Positions 60,428-64,000 of a stretch of DNA of 64,000 nucleotides are shown in pieces. The DNA comes from an uncultured bacterium (lineage in GTDB: Bacteria > Actinomycetota > Thermoleophilia > Solirubrobacterales > Solirubrobacteraceae), in NCBI GenBank assembly GCA_963738355.1, contig CAVTWF010000002.1, forward strand, positions 198,720 through 262,719, in the 5' to 3' direction. The notes under the pieces are model-generated. The model saw nothing but the letters and a program-made list of their open reading frames with translations, did no database searches and had not been told where the DNA came from. Both the position numbers and the translations under genes were made by a program. The stretch's first letter is position 1; each line of letters opens with the position of its first letter.

Positions 60428-61063
60428 GTGGCGAGGCGAGGACCATGGACGGTCAGGTGGTGGGCGCTACTTGTCGCGCTCGGCAGCGCGGCATCGCCGT
60501 GGCTGCCAGTCGGCCAAGCTGCTCGCAGGCACCATCATCGGCGCGATCGAGCGCATGAGCGCTCTCGCCGGGCCTGCCCAGGCGCGCGCCTCATCCCGCG
60601 CGCCCACGATCTCCGGAGCCTGTCGGCCGCCACCCTCTGCCTCATCAACCGCGAACGCCTCTCACGCCACGAGCCCGCTCTCATCGGCAACGCTGCGCTC
60701 AGGCACGCCGCCGCAGCGCACTCGCGGGACATGGTGAGGCGGGACTACTTCGAGCACGTCTCGCCGTCGGGCTCGACGGCGGCGCAGCGCATATTGAGAA
60801 GCGGCTACGCCGACACCGCGGGGTTCGTGCGCCGCCGGCGGAGCCGGGTGCTGGCTGAGAACCTCGCGACCGCCGGAGGCTATCTCGCTACGCCCGCGCG
60901 TATCGTCGCCACGTGGATGCATTCGCCCGCCCATCGGGCCAACATCCTCGACCCCACGCTGCGCGCGAGCGGCGTCGGCGTGGCGCTCGGCATGCCCCGG
61001 AGTGTCGCGGCAGGGTGGCGCGGACCCGCCGGTACCTACACCGAGGACTTCATCGGGAGGTAG
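60428..61063 (+). CDS. CAP/SCP domain protein
   Basis: LCLINRER, HSRDMVRRDYFEH, ENLA, WMHSPAHRANIL. Confidence 0.92.
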   Translation: MARRGPWTVRWWALLVALGSAASPWLPVGQAARRHHHRRDRAHERSRRACPGARLIPRAHDLRSLSAATLCLINRERLSRHEPALIGNAALRHAAAAHSRDMVRRDYFEHVSPSGSTAAQRILRSGYADTAGFVRRRRSRVLAENLATAGGYLATPARIVATWMHSPAHRANILDPTLRASGVGVALGMPRSVAAGWRGPAGTYTEDFIGR

Positions 61064-61579
61064 CCCGTCCTCAATCGGCTTCGCGGTTTGCCGAAAGCTC
61101 TCCCCAGCCCGCGCGATAGCGCACGCATCTATTCGGACTTGCTCACAGTCGACGTCACGGCTGAGAGCAAGGCTGTGTCTGCAAAGGCCAAGCAGATAGC
61201 CAAGAAGACCGCCTCTGAAAGAGGCGCGATTTTTCGGACCCACGGAGCCGCCCTTTACTATCGTGGGCCAGGTGTTCTCAGCGACGTGAAGCGCCCCTGC
61301 GAACCGGAAAATACGATCCCCGTAGGCGACACCCCCGCCTAGAAGGAGCAAGGACGCTATCGCCACGGACGCGCTGGCTCGCGTAGTCATCGCTCGAACA
61401 TCGGTAGGCGGCCGGAGTCACCTGAGCGGCGGCTCGCGGGGCCCGCGTTCGCACAGCCCTCCTACCCGCGAACGCGCTGCACCCAAAGGTGCATCGCGAG
61501 CCCGGCTTCGCCCCGGAGGAGCTGTTGCGGGCTGAGCCAGGAGCGAGGGCTCGGCAGGTAGACGGCGGAGTTCGCTACC

Positions 61580-61783
61580 GTGTCGCGCTCAGTGGAGGCC
61601 AGCGACAGTCAACCGGGCGGTTGGTACATCTTGGACGCGGAGACCGGGGATCCACCGGAATCGTCACCCAGCGGTCCGTTCGCCACCGAAGACGAGGCCC
61701 GTGAGGTTCATCGCAACGTCTACAACGGCGATCCGATGCTAGTGGTGCGCTGGGTCGAAACTCCCCGGGTCGAAACTCCCTAG
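61580..61783 (+). CDS. Small hypothetical protein
   Basis: GWYILD...GPFATEDEAR. Confidence 0.4.
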   Translation: MSRSVEASDSQPGGWYILDAETGDPPESSPSGPFATEDEAREVHRNVYNGDPMLVVRWVETPRVETP

Positions 61784-62115
61784 CGTCCATCACTCACTCC
61801 TCCGCGTCGGGCAGCTCGCGGTCGCCTTGGCGTGGCGCACGAGCCAAGCGAGCCCGGCGCTGGCGAGGACGCCCTTAGCAGAGGGCTATTTCCGGCTGTC
61901 TCGGCGCGATTCCTCGGCGCGACAACTACCCGATTACCAGGCCTTTCTTCCAACGGGAGCGACGGGATGAAGTACGAACTCCGAACCCGACGTGGCGTCC
62001 AGATCAACTGCACACCGCCCGCGCTGAAACGGCACCTTGCTGAGACGGTTACGAGCTACCGGCAGTAAAGCTGCCAGTTATATGGGATGCACTTGAGGGT
62101 GTGGCTACCGCGGTG

Positions 62116-63370
62116 CTAAACTCGAACGCCTGAGCCAGACACGAGGTCTTTGACGGTCCGCGACAGGAGGACCTCTCCGGGGCCAGCAAACGCAGCCACG
62201 CGCGCGCCGATGTGCACGCGCAATTCCAGTGATGTCACCGCCGCGGCGATCGCACTCTCCGGTGTGCACTCCAGCTGCTGAACGTCACCGCGATCTACAC
62301 GGTTCGCTTTGAGCGCCGCCAACGACCAGCGCCCTGCCCGCGCCGGCAGTCGAACGTCGCCAGGAACTCGTCGCCGATCGTCTTTACCTCCTGGCTCACG
62401 AAATTAAGGCAACTGCTTACGGATCAGCCGGTAGTGCGCTTCGAGCGGCTCTGTACACAGACGGACGCCTAGCGAAGCAACGTGCGAAGTGGAATCGAGG
62501 CGATAAAAATGAACAACAGCGCCGCCAGCACTCGGCGCGGCGAGCTGGGCTCCCTGTCAATGGCGACTTCAAGAACTGCTCGATCTCGCCGACGATCCCG
62601 CAGGTGTCTCCGCTGAGAGGGGAGTGCTCGCGCGCGAGTAAGACGAGCCGTGAGGCGGGAATCTGGGCCGCGATATCGCGGGCGCGGTCGAAGGCGCGAT
62701 GGCGTGGTGGTCGCGGTGCCCGCTCAGCATCGGAACGGACAAAGACGCCAGCACGCCGCGGGCGTCGATCTCGACGAGCATCCGGATCAGCGCGATAATC
62801 GCGCCCGGGCTGGCGCCGTCGCGCTCAAGACGGGCGAAGGACGGCAGCCGATCCGGGAGCTGACACGGCGCAATCAGACCGCCGCAGAAGGTGCCTCACC
62901 CCACGTTCATCGGCGAGTTCTATCAACGGCTCGGCCTGCTCGGGCTCAAACGCCCACGGGTAGTCGCAGGCCTTCATGATGCGTGGGAAGCTGCCGTACA
63001 GCACGAGCGCACGAGTGCGCTCGGGGTAGGTGGCGGAGAAGAGCATACTCATGTGCCCGCCCTCGGAAATGCCGAGCACAAACGCTGGCTGCGATCCGAC
63101 CGCATCCATCACCGCCCGCACGTCGTCCATCCGCTCCTCCAGCGACGGCATCTCTTGAACCGAGACACGATCCGAGCGGCCCGTGCCCCGCTTGTCGAAC
63201 AAGATCAGGCGCGAGAAGGACGCAAGATGGCCGTCGAACGAGCTCTAGCGCCGGGTTGCTCCCACATCAGATCGAGGTCCGAAACCCAGCCCGGCACGTA
63301 CACGAGGTCGACGGGACCTTCGCCGACAACCTGGTAGGCGATGTGAACCTCGCCGCTCTTGGCGTATCAC
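62116..63370 (-). pseudogene. Alpha/beta hydrolase - class III cyclase fusion (LipJ-like), heavily disrupted
   Basis: FDKRGTGRSDR, DDVRAVMDAVG, LGISEGG, IDARGVL, VHIGARVAAFAGPGEVLLSRTVKDLVSGSG spread over several frames. Confidence 0.8.
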
Positions 63371-63769
63371 GTCTGAACTCTCGACACCTCGGTCGATGCT
63401 AGTCGGGCAGCCTCTCAAGCGGCTGTCGCTGGGCGTCTCCACTACGCGGTGACTCTCGCACGCCGTTGACCCGTCCGCGTTAGCCAATATAGGCGCACGG
63501 ATGGTCGCCTCGCGGCCCGTGACATTGGGGCCGGCCCTGCCGATCCCCGAGTTGCCGTCGAGGCAGCGGTTGTTGGAGCCGTAGTGCATCGTCGGCCAAG
63601 CGACCTTCGCGATCACGCGGCCTGCACGGCGAGTTCGTCGGAGCCGCGATGGGCGCGCCGATCCTGCTCGACCATCCGTCCAAAGATGACGCTAGGCAAT
63701 GCGAACGAGCTGACGCATGCCGCGGTTAGCTCGGTTGCGCCGACTGCGCACCTCGGAAGGAAAGAACTT

Positions 63770-64000
63770 TTGAAGCGTCCCCTGCTTGTATTCGTCATCT
63801 GCCTGTGCTCTCTTGCCACTCCGGCTGCCGCTACGTGCTAGCATTTCGCCGCCGCCAAAGGCACGACCCGCCGCGATCGGCACCGACATCGCGGGTGCCT
63901 TCGCAGCAAAGCTCGCCACCGGTGGGGCGTCGTTCCTGATCTCAAAGCTCCAGGAGGGAGCACTCGGCGGCACCGGGGTGACGATCGGCAACTTCCTGTA
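63770..64000 (+). CDS. Paralogue of the 40226 secreted protein, 5' part (indel near 63838; runs off window)
   Basis: IGTDIAGAFAAKLATGGASFLISKLQEGALGGTGVTIGNFL and shared upstream sequence. Confidence 0.8.

Noticed and set aside
1399-63370. Many frameshifted genes as true pseudogenes or programmed frameshifts
   Set aside because: Single-base indels are scattered through unrelated, otherwise intact genes with no slippery motifs, which fits long-read consensus error

Overview
High-GC actinobacterial DNA; gene content and signal-peptide style suggest Thermoleophilia/Solirubrobacterales (inference). Many genes carry single-base indels, most likely uncorrected long-read errors, so split ORFs are joined by eye. 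Left part: an IPT/TIG protein, a CHASE2 cyclase / cNMP-binding / metallo-beta-lactamase / FAD oxidoreductase operon, then two tandem collagen-like (Gly-X-Thr) surface genes. Each collagen gene has its own c-di-GMP-I riboswitch and shares leader and 3' hairpin with the other, but their C-terminal head domains differ. Middle: ordinary housekeeping genes (SCO/CtaG, aminopeptidase, NhaA-DsbA, GH65 + beta-PGM, AcyP-LigD-PE fusion, fluoride riboswitch-crcB-crcB-DUF190). Right part (about 39.5 kb onward) is accessory: an orphan restriction-like nuclease, tRNA-Asp and tRNA-Leu 3' remnants (att scars), a four-gene WxL cluster whose DUF916-like anchor ends in a degenerate GGDEF domain with an intact RxxD I-site, an IS1182 copy with an almost C-free 3' end, and two paralogues of a secreted helical + Lcl/DUF1566-like protein. 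Best candidate for a new system: c-di-GMP-controlled surface fibres (WxL cluster with a GGDEF receptor, plus riboswitch-controlled collagens).
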